Source: a virus (lineage: Duplodnaviria > Caudoviricetes). From it: a DNA stretch of 31,765 nt. The notes below the pieces were generated by a model. The model worked only from the letters and a program-made list of their open reading frames with translations, had not been told where the DNA came from and ran no database searches. Where the stretch lies: positions 1 to 31,765 of IMG/VR virus record IMGVR_UViG_3300042196_000013; one strand, given 5' to 3'. Position numbers and translations under genes: made by a program. Every line of letters starts with the position of its first letter. Positions within the stretch are counted from its first letter, which is position 1. Shown here piece after piece: positions 17,605 through 26,833 of this stretch.

Positions 17605-17768
17605 TGTTTTGGCTTCCGCGTATATCTGCGCTTCTCAGGCTCAATCTTGGCTTTTGCGCCCATCCATGCCTCATGCGTGCTGATCTTCCAGCCGCTCTTC
17701 TGCATTTCCGGCACTTCGCTCGGCAGCACGTTGGTGGCGCCGTGCAATGGGTGGGTCATGAATATCAT
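17601..17768 (-). CDS. small hypothetical protein with basic C-terminus
   Basis: ATGA overlaps at both ends; 55 aa. Confidence 0.6.
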   Translation of the reverse strand: MIFMTHPLHGATNVLPSEVPEMQKSGWKISTHEAWMGAKAKIEPEKRRYTRKPKQ

Positions 17769-18427
17769 GTGCGGTTCCTCAAATAATCGCCAAGATGCCC
17801 TTGAAACGTTTTGTAGCCGCAATGGCCCATTTTGATCTCGGGGTCAACCCAAACCTGCCCACCCATGTCCGTCCATCGCTTGCAGAATGAGTAATCTTCG
17901 CCCATCTTGTGTTTACCGATGCGGTAATCCGCAAACAAGGCCCATGCGCGCTGGTTTGGAGCGTTCTCGCTGTAGTATTCGCTGTCCGGGTACTGGTCAA
18001 CCATCTTTTCCAGCAAATCACGTGACAAGCGCATAAATCCAGCCGGAACGCCGGCCACTTCCAACAGGCCATCCACCGCTTGCAACTGCGGCTTGTCCAG
18101 CCACTTCACGCAGTAATTGATCGGGTCTTTGCGCTGCGGGTAGATCCCGGCCACAAAGTCAACTGGCGCATCGATCAGCTTGACCAGCGCCCCGGCCTCC
18201 CATGACACATCCGAATCGATGAATATTAATTGCTCCGCATCTGACGCAAGGAATTGCGCCACGATCAAAGCTCGTGCATCAGCAATGAGTGCGTTGCCGC
18301 ACTCGTCATGCACGGTCGCCACATCGCCGCGTGAGGCGAGGGTAAATAAATCCGTCATCAGGGAGCGGAACGTCCCCAGGTGTATCGTTCCCGTATAAGC
18401 GGGGATGGCGATCATGACCTTTTTCAT
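17765..18427 (-). CDS. GT-A fold (GT2-like) glycosyltransferase
   Basis: VMIAIPAY start, LIFIDSD (DxD motif), GFMRLSR, GEDYSFCKRW...GHCG. Confidence 0.8.
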   Translation of the reverse strand: MKKVMIAIPAYTGTIHLGTFRSLMTDLFTLASRGDVATVHDECGNALIADARALIVAQFLASDAEQLIFIDSDVSWEAGALVKLIDAPVDFVAGIYPQRKDPINYCVKWLDKPQLQAVDGLLEVAGVPAGFMRLSRDLLEKMVDQYPDSEYYSENAPNQRAWALFADYRIGKHKMGEDYSFCKRWTDMGGQVWVDPEIKMGHCGYKTFQGHLGDYLRNRT

Positions 18428-18939
18428 TTAATCCTCGATGGTTTGATGGCTTGCAAGCCGAAGAACAGGATGTGTTCGGTCTTGTCCAGGTGGATCAGGT
18501 CGAAATCGGCCTGATAGATGCGCCGAAAGTCGGTCATGGGCGTTTTGCCGACGTTTTCGTAATTCGGCTGGCTCAGGAATGTCAAACTTTCTGACGGAAT
18601 GACTCGCCGATGCGACGGGTCGCCATAGGCCCACGGGCTTTTATCGTTCGGCACTGAGCAGAGCAGATAACCGCCCGGGTTCAATACGCGCCAGAAGTCG
18701 GAGAACTGTGCGAAGAAAAACGCCGCATCCCCCTGCGTGCCTAAATGCTCTAGCACTTCATAACAATGGATTTCATCAGCTGAATCATCCTCGAACGGCA
18801 AAGGATCATTCAGGTCATGAATCACATCAGGTGAATGGCAAGGCTCAATATCCACAGTGACAAGGCCGTCCCACTCGGAACGGCCTTGTACGGTGAGCTT
18901 CTTTTCACGGGACAGCCCGCAGCCAAGAAGCAGTTGCAT
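18424..18939 (-). CDS. class I SAM-dependent methyltransferase (small-molecule/glycan type)
   Basis: LLLGCG motif I, VTVDI, HDLNDPLPFEDDSADEI, EVLEHL, WRVLNPGG, DPSH. Confidence 0.8.
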   Translation of the reverse strand: MQLLLGCGLSREKKLTVQGRSEWDGLVTVDIEPCHSPDVIHDLNDPLPFEDDSADEIHCYEVLEHLGTQGDAAFFFAQFSDFWRVLNPGGYLLCSVPNDKSPWAYGDPSHRRVIPSESLTFLSQPNYENVGKTPMTDFRRIYQADFDLIHLDKTEHILFFGLQAIKPSRIK

Positions 18940-19148
18940 CAGGCAATCAGCCCGACAGTTTGCAGGCGCGAAATAATCGCGTTGACTGCGGTGGCAATGT
19001 CGGTTGCGGTCGGGGTGGTTGCCAGGGTCGTAACAGCAGACCCCTGCACTACCGGAGTTTCCCCGTAGAACCCAATCTTTTCCGTGGCCGAATTGCCGAT
19101 CAGCGCGCCATCCGGGCTGTTGTAAGTCACCTGTTCATAGGTAGCCAT
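18939..19148 (-). CDS. small putative capsid decoration protein
   Basis: Directly after the capsid gene; EKIGFYGETPVVQ...LQTVGLIA; AAGGA RBS. Confidence 0.55.
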   Translation of the reverse strand: MATYEQVTYNSPDGALIGNSATEKIGFYGETPVVQGSAVTTLATTPTATDIATAVNAIISRLQTVGLIA

Positions 19149-19174
19149 GTGTAGTTCCTTTCAAGAATTGAATA

Positions 19175-19192
19175 GGGAGGGCAAGCCCTCCC
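19175..19192 (-). terminator. hairpin GGGAGGGC-TT-GCCCTCCC after the capsid gene (weak U tract)
   Basis: Perfect inverted repeat 5 nt after the capsid stop. Confidence 0.55.
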
Positions 19193-19197
19193 GTTGA

Positions 19198-20433
19198 TTA
19201 AGCGTTAGCTGCGCCCACCATGCGGCAGGCCCATTCGGAACGCAGTGCAGCCATGCCATACAGGATGTCAATCCGCATCAGCAGTTCATCGTTGCGGATG
19301 TCGGACGCTTGCCATACGCGCAAGCTCAGACCGTCCTGCGTGCGACGTACGCACTTGTGGGCATCGTCCATCAGCGGCAGATCAGCGGTGATGAACTGGA
19401 ATGCTTCCTTGTGGTACATCAGAGACTGCACATAACTGGTGGAGGCGGCTCCGACAAACGTCAGCGTTGCACTGTCGAATACCGTGGTTGCCAAGTCTGC
19501 GCCGGTAGCCGAGCCCACATTCTTTTTTGCGCCGGTCAGATAGATCGGCGGGGAGATGGTGGTTTCCGTCGCGCCCACAGCGGTGATAGTAAATTGCTGC
19601 AAATGCGCGTAGGCCTGCTTGGTTTCCGGGTGCACCGCATACACACCGGCAATGGTGAACACCTGGCCCACCTTTTGCTGTGCCACTGCAATGTCGGTGT
19701 CGAAATTAAGCAGGGTGTAGCTGCCGTTGCTGCCGACAGTGCCAAGGCCAGTAGCATCGGTGCCGCCAGTCACATCGGAACCGTTCACCAGCGTCCATGC
19801 ACGCTCGTTCTCGTAGAAGTCGGCCATGCCGGTGCGGGCAATCAGACCTTCACGGTACTGCTCGCCAATGGCATTGGACGGGTTGAAATACGCCGCCACA
19901 CCGTTCACCAGCCCGCCCATGGTCACCGAGTCCATCTGCACGTAGCGGTCGCCCTTGGGCGCCAGGTACTGGTTCAGTTTGGCGCGAGCTGCCCCAGGAG
20001 CTACCAGAGAAGTAATGCCGGTGCCAGCGGTTCCAGCCACGTTGTAGGTTGCCTTGGTGGCATAAGCGAGGAAATCGGACTCGATGCCGGAAACCATCAC
20101 GGAAACAGCAGGCTCAATATAACGCTTGCTGAAATCGTCGATTTCCAGCGCCAGCTCTGCCGAGTTAAAACGCATATCCACGCCGTCCTGCGTTGCGACG
20201 GTGATGGTGCTGGAACCTTCGTTCTGGTCCTGCACATCCATCACGCGGGAGCCTTGGCGGCGGGTGTATTGGTTAGGCAAGCGGACGCGCAGCGAAGAGC
20301 CATTCTTCGCGCCGGTCTTTGCAAACGAATCGTCGTACTGCCGATCCACAGTGCCGATAAAGGCGGTTTTCTCATGAGCCACGCGCAGTGCTTCGCGCGT
20401 GATCATGTCGATGGTGAGGTTGGTGTTAGCCAT
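19198..20433 (-). CDS. major capsid protein, P22 coat (gp5) family
   Basis: MANTNLTIDMITREAL...VDRQYDDSFA..GAK.GSSLRVRLP and C-terminal RIDILYG; 411 aa; follows scaffold. Confidence 0.92.
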   Translation of the reverse strand: MANTNLTIDMITREALRVAHEKTAFIGTVDRQYDDSFAKTGAKNGSSLRVRLPNQYTRRQGSRVMDVQDQNEGSSTITVATQDGVDMRFNSAELALEIDDFSKRYIEPAVSVMVSGIESDFLAYATKATYNVAGTAGTGITSLVAPGAARAKLNQYLAPKGDRYVQMDSVTMGGLVNGVAAYFNPSNAIGEQYREGLIARTGMADFYENERAWTLVNGSDVTGGTDATGLGTVGSNGSYTLLNFDTDIAVAQQKVGQVFTIAGVYAVHPETKQAYAHLQQFTITAVGATETTISPPIYLTGAKKNVGSATGADLATTVFDSATLTFVGAASTSYVQSLMYHKEAFQFITADLPLMDDAHKCVRRTQDGLSLRVWQASDIRNDELLMRIDILYGMAALRSEWACRMVGAANA

Positions 20434-20452
20434 TTACTGCTCCTTAAAATTG

Positions 20453-20475
20453 AAAAAGCCCCAATGAAGGGGCTT
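20453..20475 (-). terminator. intrinsic terminator-like hairpin between scaffold and capsid genes
   Basis: AAGCCCC-TTCATT-GGGGCTT plus TTT on the minus strand. Confidence 0.65.
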
Positions 20476-21397
20476 ATCTGCGTTTGATTTGGCTCCGTCG
20501 CCAGTCCGCGAACTCTTTGTCGCTCATGCGCGCCGGGTCTTTGGTGGCAGACCCTCGCGTCTTGACCGTGGTTACGGGTGGCGGCGGTGCCGTCTTGCTC
20601 TTGCGAGCGTCTAGTTTTTTCATTAGCTGGTCGTACTGGTACGCCTTGTGCAGCAAAACGACTGCACGATGGTCCGCCAGCGGATCAACCACATGCGGAA
20701 TACCGTTCGCCAAAGCCACATAGGGCTTCAGTTCTTCGGGGCGGTATCCCAAATCCTGCGACAGGTAGTTAACCAGTGCTGCCTTGCCTTCCTTTGCCTT
20801 GGCTTCATCGCTCCACTCGGGAATCTTGGCCGTTAACAGCTGACTCTCCTGTGTAAGCTTCTGCTGGTAGGACTGGGCAATCGACTGCTCCTGCTCCTGC
20901 GCCATTTGTTGCTGCACGACTTGCGCCTGTTGCAGCTTGTTTACTTCGCCATCGAATTGATGCTTTGCTGCCACCCATCCGGCTGGGTCTTCCGTTGCTA
21001 GTCGGTCCAGTTCGGACTGCATTTCCTGAAGCCGTTGATACTGGCCTGGAATGAACTGATCCAGCTGCTGCTGGTAAGCCGTTTTAGCCTGTTGCGCATG
21101 ATGAAATTCAGCTTCTGCCTGCTTGCGCAGGTTGGCGGCTTCCTCATACTTCTGCGTTGACGACTTGCCGGTCTGGTATCCTGAAATCAAGTCGTCCAGC
21201 GACACTTCCGCATCCTTGCCGTCAATCTTGACGGTGTAGCGGGGCGGCTTTTCTTCCTGCTCAGGCTCGTCCGATTCTTCGCCATCTGGGGCTGGCGCTT
21301 CTTCTTCCGGGGCATCGAGGGCAATGATCTGATCCTCGATGCTTTCCTCAACTCCCGGCGAATCCTGAAGGGTATCGCCTGCGTTGTTCTCGTCCAC
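20474..21397 (-). CDS. capsid scaffolding protein (GTG start at 21397)
   Basis: Acidic N-terminus, YTVKIDG..EVSLDDL..GY, Gln-rich coiled coil; AAGGAG RBS; precedes the capsid gene. Confidence 0.8.
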   Translation of the reverse strand: MDENNAGDTLQDSPGVEESIEDQIIALDAPEEEAPAPDGEESDEPEQEEKPPRYTVKIDGKDAEVSLDDLISGYQTGKSSTQKYEEAANLRKQAEAEFHHAQQAKTAYQQQLDQFIPGQYQRLQEMQSELDRLATEDPAGWVAAKHQFDGEVNKLQQAQVVQQQMAQEQEQSIAQSYQQKLTQESQLLTAKIPEWSDEAKAKEGKAALVNYLSQDLGYRPEELKPYVALANGIPHVVDPLADHRAVVLLHKAYQYDQLMKKLDARKSKTAPPPPVTTVKTRGSATKDPARMSDKEFADWRRSQIKRR

Positions 21398-21437
21398 TTG
21401 CTTCTCCTTGATCACGGGGCCATCGGCTTGCCGCAAT

Positions 21438-21462
21438 AAAAAAGCCCGCACGTGGCGGGCTT
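21438..21462 (-). terminator. intrinsic terminator upstream of scaffold gene
   Basis: AAGCCCGC-CACGT-GCGGGCTT plus T run on the minus strand. Confidence 0.75.
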
Positions 21463-21481
21463 GGTTGATGAACCTATTGGC

Positions 21482-21919
21482 TCACATAAACTGATACATC
21501 AGCAGGACGATCGCCTGCTCTTCTTGTTCCTGGCTGACCCTGGACTGCATCTCAATGCCTGATAGCATCGCTTGCATGCTGATCTTGGTTAGCATTGCCT
21601 GGCGTTGCGCTTCGTGTTGCATCTGCAACAGCTGGGCATACATCGCGTTCCAGGCGATGCCTTCGCGTTCCATCCGTTGCTGAAGCGCACTGACTTGCGG
21701 CGCTGATACCTCTGCCGCATGCGCCTGCGCTACCTGCGCTATGATCTTGCGCGCCTTAGGGGTAATTCCTAGTTGTTCACGTTCACGCCGCACATCGTCG
21801 CGGCTACGGCCTTGCACATAAGGCAGTCGGCCATGAGCAACCGTTGGCGTGATAACAACAACAGCGCCCGTGCGCAGCTGAAACGCATTGCTCTGAAACG
21901 CGTTAGACTGGAATGCCAT
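21482..21919 (-). CDS. hypothetical protein with N-terminal AFQSN repeat
   Basis: 145 aa; MAFQSNAFQSNAFQ; overlaps the upstream gene end. Confidence 0.6.
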   Translation of the reverse strand: MAFQSNAFQSNAFQLRTGAVVVITPTVAHGRLPYVQGRSRDDVRREREQLGITPKARKIIAQVAQAHAAEVSAPQVSALQQRMEREGIAWNAMYAQLLQMQHEAQRQAMLTKISMQAMLSGIEMQSRVSQEQEEQAIVLLMYQFM

Positions 21920-22139
21920 ACCGCTTTCCGTTCAGCAGTTGCGCGGCATAGCGCACATCGTTCAGGTAGGCCGTCTGGCAGTGGTCGCGGTCGAACCACA
22001 GCAGCAGGTCGATCACCTTGTACCACCCCGATGCAGTGCGATACGCCCGCCCGCTAATAGACTCATTCGGATGGCCATTGAACAGCATCACGTTCAGCAA
22101 CTGGCTCAGGGCATCGCCCATGCGGATCAGACGGGCCAT
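21903..22139 (-). CDS. conserved phage hypothetical protein
   Basis: SQLLNV..NG.PNESISGRAYR...IDLLL...DHC pattern often found next to fibre genes. Confidence 0.7.
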   Translation of the reverse strand: MARLIRMGDALSQLLNVMLFNGHPNESISGRAYRTASGWYKVIDLLLWFDRDHCQTAYLNDVRYAAQLLNGKRYGIPV

Positions 22140-22621
22140 GCGATGGCCTCAACTTCTCCCGCCGTTGTCGCCGCATCGACTTGCGCCTTCAACGCCTTGG
22201 CGGTTTCGTGCAACGTCAGGCCATAGACCGCAAAGGCCGTATTCAGGCCGACCACGCCGGCAGCATCCAGCGGCACGTCGGTATTGTCTGCTGCGGTCCA
22301 TGCCAGTTCGTACGGTTGACCAGCCATCAGCGCGGCCAATGCGGAGCCGGTCGCCACTTGGATGCGGTCGGCGCTGCGCTGGTCTGAATCGAACACATGG
22401 CCGAGATAGCTGAAGCCTGCGGTTTCCAGCTCTGCACGTTGCTGGTTGATCTCGGCGCGCTTGTTGGCCTTGAGTTCATCCAGCGTAGGCGGCACAGGCG
22501 CCGGCAGTGGCGACAGTATCCACTGCACGCCCTTCGATTCATTCAGCAATGGCGGCTGCTCGTCGAACATGCGATACTCGCGGATGTTGCCGGTGGCGGT
22601 TTCGGTGAGGGCGTATCTCAT
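22127..22621 (-). CDS. DUF4376-like protein (fibre-associated)
   Basis: LDELKANKRAEINQQR...GFSYLGHVFDSD...WTAADNTDVPLDA...LKAQVDAATT.EVEAIAW. Confidence 0.75.
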   Translation of the reverse strand: MRYALTETATGNIREYRMFDEQPPLLNESKGVQWILSPLPAPVPPTLDELKANKRAEINQQRAELETAGFSYLGHVFDSDQRSADRIQVATGSALAALMAGQPYELAWTAADNTDVPLDAAGVVGLNTAFAVYGLTLHETAKALKAQVDAATTAGEVEAIAWPV

Positions 22622-23460
22622 GACGTAGGTCTTTCCGTCTTATAAGGGTGATCTGCCGGAAGGTTTGCTGTCAGCCCCCATTTATGCGCAAGGTAGCCTT
22701 CGATCTTTTGCCGGGTTGATTCGGTGATGTCGCTCTCTATACAAATCACCTCGGCTATATCCCCCGGCATTGGTAGCGCAGGCGCCACGCTTGCCGAACC
22801 AATGGCTACTCGCGATGTATTGGTGGCACTGGTGCTGCCGTCTGTCTGAAAGGTAGTGGTCCCGCCATCGAATGAGCCATCTATGTAAATGTTGGCGTTT
22901 GAGTTTGTCCAATCGAATTCACCAATGTGGATTTCAAACGCCGCTGTATCCAAGTTGTTTGTTGAGGCTACGAGCTGCACTGAATCGGCGTCTAACCTAC
23001 GCCCAGCGAGCCCGTTTTTACTCGCGGTAGCACCAGCAATAAGCGTGGCTCTTGCTACCCCCGGAGTATTGGTGGAAATCAAGAAAATCTCACGCCGGCT
23101 TGCCGCATTGGTGACTTTACGGACCGCTACGAGCAGGGCGCTGCCCTTGTTGTTCAGCAGATTCCACGAAACACTACCTGCCCCATCTGTATTGCTAATC
23201 AGAATGTCGTCCGTGCCATCAAACCGTGCGACATTAAGCCCATTCAATTCAGCAGAAATTAGTGCGGGCCGCATTGTTGCCGGGCCTAAAAGGTTAAATC
23301 CATTCCCCGACTTGTCATTTACCTGGGTAATCAAATCGCCTGATAACGTAACGGTGGTCGAGTCACTAATATCAATCCACATCCCAGTGGTTATCGATGA
23401 TGGCGTCCATGTATGCACGTTCCCACCACCACTCAGCGCATTCACTCCCAGCCCGTACAT
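22618..23460 (-). CDS. LamG/concanavalin-A-like domain virion protein
   Basis: WIDISD...NDKSGNG...FDGTDD...GDIAEVI...RQKIEGYLAHKWG pattern. Confidence 0.7.
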   Translation of the reverse strand: MYGLGVNALSGGGNVHTWTPSSITTGMWIDISDSTTVTLSGDLITQVNDKSGNGFNLLGPATMRPALISAELNGLNVARFDGTDDILISNTDGAGSVSWNLLNNKGSALLVAVRKVTNAASRREIFLISTNTPGVARATLIAGATASKNGLAGRRLDADSVQLVASTNNLDTAAFEIHIGEFDWTNSNANIYIDGSFDGGTTTFQTDGSTSATNTSRVAIGSASVAPALPMPGDIAEVICIESDITESTRQKIEGYLAHKWGLTANLPADHPYKTERPTS

Positions 23461-24611
23461 TACGGCTCCACCAGTGTGGTGTTGGTGGCGTAGATCGTGA
23501 CGCCGAGCAGATGACCTTTTACGTCCATGGTGTCGTTGGTGGTGTCGCTGGCAAGACGGCCCACGCGGTGCTTTATCACATCACCCGCTACCCACGTCCC
23601 TGCTGGCTGGGCTGCGCTGGTTTCGGCAGTAATGCGCCGGGTAGTGGCGTTCGTCCCTGTATCTTGTACCGTTACCGCGGTTCCCCATGAACTGTCGATG
23701 GTGTCACCGTCGCCTTGCGCTTGACACATCCCTTGCCACACCACGTTATGCGCTGTAGCTGACGCAGCTTCTTTCCAGTGGAATTTATAGATAAACCCAG
23801 CGGATTCATCCAGCCCCTGCGGTGCAATAAATTCGAAATGCGCATACTGATCTGCCGATGCGCTCGCTCCAAGGTAGCCATCCATCACGTCATTCGTAGT
23901 GGACTCGTCCCACACCAATGCGTCCATGCCGTTGGTAGTTGCCGGCTTCAAGGCAGCTGCGGGCCAGTAGCCGAGATAGACCTTGCCGATGATGCCGGTG
24001 GTGGCTACCGTCACCGTGTCGGTCGTGTCATTGGTGGTGATGGCAATGCCAGTTCCAGCGGCCAGCGTCAGGGTATCCGTTGACGACTCTGCAACTACAT
24101 CAGATTGCCCGCTGACGGCGATGGTCTTAAATACCAACTGATCGCCGGTATTAGTGCCGGAGACAGCATCAAGTGCGGCACTGTGGGCCTGTACATCAGT
24201 ACCAATGACCAGCCCAAGGGTCGTGCGCTGCTCCGAGGCGTCTGCATCGTCCAGCAATGCCAGTCCTGCGACGGTAGGATTGACGCCTGCATACTCGTCC
24301 AGGTTGGCGCTGTACGCCTGCACCGTTCCCCCGATGTCCGCATCCTTGAGGATGGTGGCGTCGGCTGGCTCGTATGTCCCGGTGTGCGCATGATCACCAG
24401 CGGCTACCGTGCCGGCCGTGGTGCCGGTGTTTTTCGCGGCAGCGTCGCCTAGCCCAGTGATGGTGTGGTCATCATTCCAGTCTGACGGCAAAATGATGTC
24501 ATTCAGCGTTGTCCCTGGTGCGTACTGGCCCAATGCAATGGCGTCATCAAGATCGCTCTGCGTCCAGTCAGCAATGGCGTCTGTTTTTGCGTGCGTGACG
24601 GCAACGGCCAT
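23460..24611 (-). CDS. fibre-like structural protein
   Basis: Thr/Ala/Asp/Gly-rich; GLGDAAAKNTGTTAGTVAAGDH and ALLDDADASEQRTTLGL fibre repeats. Confidence 0.6.
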   Translation of the reverse strand: MAVAVTHAKTDAIADWTQSDLDDAIALGQYAPGTTLNDIILPSDWNDDHTITGLGDAAAKNTGTTAGTVAAGDHAHTGTYEPADATILKDADIGGTVQAYSANLDEYAGVNPTVAGLALLDDADASEQRTTLGLVIGTDVQAHSAALDAVSGTNTGDQLVFKTIAVSGQSDVVAESSTDTLTLAAGTGIAITTNDTTDTVTVATTGIIGKVYLGYWPAAALKPATTNGMDALVWDESTTNDVMDGYLGASASADQYAHFEFIAPQGLDESAGFIYKFHWKEAASATAHNVVWQGMCQAQGDGDTIDSSWGTAVTVQDTGTNATTRRITAETSAAQPAGTWVAGDVIKHRVGRLASDTTNDTMDVKGHLLGVTIYATNTTLVEP

Positions 24612-26833
24612 TATTCAGGCGCTCCCGGTTGTTCAACGCTCTCCATGACCCATGAGCCATCCGGCTGTGGCACGGCGGCAGCTTGCACCACTTCGCCCGC
24701 ATCGGTCACGCTTACCATCGACCATGACCCATCCGGGTTCTTTACCGCACGCGCTTGCTTACGCTCCGGCTTGTTGGTCAGCTCTTCCATTTTTGCCATC
24801 AGCGCGCACACATCCTCATGCTGCTGCGTCGGGATGATCACTTGCTCCATCAGGACCGCATTGGTTTCGGCTTCCTTGATCGCCAGTTCGCGCTCTTTGA
24901 TGGCGAGTTCGCGGGCCTTCAGGTTGGCCTCTAGTTGGCTGGTCTGCGATTTAACCGACAAATCAGCCTCCTTGAGCTGGAGTTCCGACATCTTCACGCC
25001 TTGCGCAGACTTCAGTTGCTCGGCCTCGCCCTGCGCCTGTTGCAATTGCTGCTGCAACATCTGGATAGCCTGCTGCATCTGCTCCATCTGCTGCATGCCT
25101 TGTTGGATCATGGCTTGCGCTTGCGGCGGGATGTCCTTTTGATCTTCTCCCTGCTGGATTTGTGGCGGCAGCATCATCTTGAGTCGTTTTGCGATGTCAT
25201 CAGCACCCGGCCAGTCAAGATTTTTAGCCACCAAGTCGCCAATCAGCGGCGCGGCATCCGGGAAATTGCGCATCAGTTCCATCATCTGCGTCGCTGCTTC
25301 TTCTCGACGGCTGGTGAAGTTCGGGCCAGCGGAAACAGTCACGTCATAGGTGCCCGTCCCCACGTCATGCATCACCATCTTGCCGTCTTTTTCGTATTGG
25401 CCGTTAATGGTCACTTCCTTGCTGCTGCCATCCTCTCCCAATACCCGCAAGATGCGTTCCTCGGTGTATATCTTCGGGATCAGGTCAACCAGAATGCGGC
25501 CAGTGTGGCGAATGGCGCGGATGTTGTTATCGATGAAGTGGAAGGTGGATATATCCCCTTCACGCTGGCGCGCCATGATCGCCTTGCCCGAAGTCTCGTT
25601 GCTTCTCGCGCCCAGGCTAGCGTCGTACAGGCCCATGATATTTTTCATGTCATCGGAAGCCGACAACGCCTCCTGCAATGCCCCTGCCGGCACTCCAGCG
25701 AACGGCTGGCGCTGCGGCATGCCCTGCCCGTCAAACTCGATAAACGCATGGCTGGCGGTGTTGGCCGTTTCCCATTTGGCGCGGTCGGTGTCGAACGCTC
25801 CCACCGGGCCAAGGAAAGGAGCCTTTGGCGCCAGTGCCACCAGCTCGGTGGAGGCGGTGCGCCAGTAGTTGTACATGCGCTGCGGGTCTTTGGCGTGCCG
25901 GATCAGGCTCAGGAAATGGCGCTTGCCCTCGACATTTACCTCATCGCCATACACCGGGACAATCGGGATGTACTTGCCGGCCCAGTCGTTGCGCTCCAGG
26001 ATTTCAGAGCCGGTCATAATCAACTGCTTGACCTTGCACCGCTTGCTCATGCGGTCAGCAATAACCTCGATGCCGGCTTCCTGATACATCTCGGCTTGCT
26101 TGAGATATTCGTCCTCAAAGACCGTCATGCCGTTTCTCAGTTGCAGCAGCCGCGCTTCCACTTCCTCGCGCTTCCACCACTCTGCCACGCGCAGCATCTT
26201 GCCATCGCGCCAATTCTCGTCAACGGTCCCATCCTCAAACCCGCTGCTGGTCAGCTTGGCATCGCCGTATTTCTTCTTAAACTCGTCATGCGGCATCAGG
26301 TCGGTGATGAATGCCGTGTTCCAGTCGCTCGAATCGGCCTCGGTGCCGTCAGGATCGCCGTACACGGTGAACGGGTTGCCGATACGACAGATGCGGATGT
26401 CCTGGTCGAAACTGGCGTCAGAGGTGTAATCGGTCTTGATGCGCCAGTAGCCGAAGCCCATGGACACGGCAGATTCGATGGCGGTGTCGTAGGCCACATC
26501 GGCATTGGACGTGTACTCGATGTTTCGGATCAGCCCAGACAAGACTTCTGCGGTTTCCGGGTCGGATTCCGAATCCACCGGATGGATCTTGATGGACGGT
26601 TTGTTCTGGCGCGAATCGTTGACCACCTGACGAATGAAGGCGGGCAGGCGGTTGTTGGTCAGGCATGGGCGGCCTTCGCGCTCGCGCTGGGCTTTGACGC
26701 CATCCGGCCACTGTTCGCCAAGACGTGCAAACTTGAGGTCATCCAGCGCCGCCTTGCGGTTGTCGCTCTCGCTATCGACGGCCAGCTTGAATGCCTCTAG
26801 CGCGTCCTTGAGATCGTCAGTGTCGGTCGCCAT
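24611..26833 (-). CDS. portal protein, P22-like
   Basis: 740 aa after terminase; GEQW...RPCLT.N.L, AKDPQRMYNYW, SNETSGKAI.ARQ.EG, C-terminal coiled-coil barrel. Confidence 0.92.
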   Translation of the reverse strand: MATDTDDLKDALEAFKLAVDSESDNRKAALDDLKFARLGEQWPDGVKAQREREGRPCLTNNRLPAFIRQVVNDSRQNKPSIKIHPVDSESDPETAEVLSGLIRNIEYTSNADVAYDTAIESAVSMGFGYWRIKTDYTSDASFDQDIRICRIGNPFTVYGDPDGTEADSSDWNTAFITDLMPHDEFKKKYGDAKLTSSGFEDGTVDENWRDGKMLRVAEWWKREEVEARLLQLRNGMTVFEDEYLKQAEMYQEAGIEVIADRMSKRCKVKQLIMTGSEILERNDWAGKYIPIVPVYGDEVNVEGKRHFLSLIRHAKDPQRMYNYWRTASTELVALAPKAPFLGPVGAFDTDRAKWETANTASHAFIEFDGQGMPQRQPFAGVPAGALQEALSASDDMKNIMGLYDASLGARSNETSGKAIMARQREGDISTFHFIDNNIRAIRHTGRILVDLIPKIYTEERILRVLGEDGSSKEVTINGQYEKDGKMVMHDVGTGTYDVTVSAGPNFTSRREEAATQMMELMRNFPDAAPLIGDLVAKNLDWPGADDIAKRLKMMLPPQIQQGEDQKDIPPQAQAMIQQGMQQMEQMQQAIQMLQQQLQQAQGEAEQLKSAQGVKMSELQLKEADLSVKSQTSQLEANLKARELAIKERELAIKEAETNAVLMEQVIIPTQQHEDVCALMAKMEELTNKPERKQARAVKNPDGSWSMVSVTDAGEVVQAAAVPQPDGSWVMESVEQPGAPE

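Noticed and set aside
19309-20487. 392-aa + strand ORF
   Set aside because: Antisense shadow of the major capsid gene.
24935-26800. 621-aa + strand ORF
   Set aside because: Antisense shadow of the portal gene; no recognisable motifs or RBS; typical of GC-biased codon usage.
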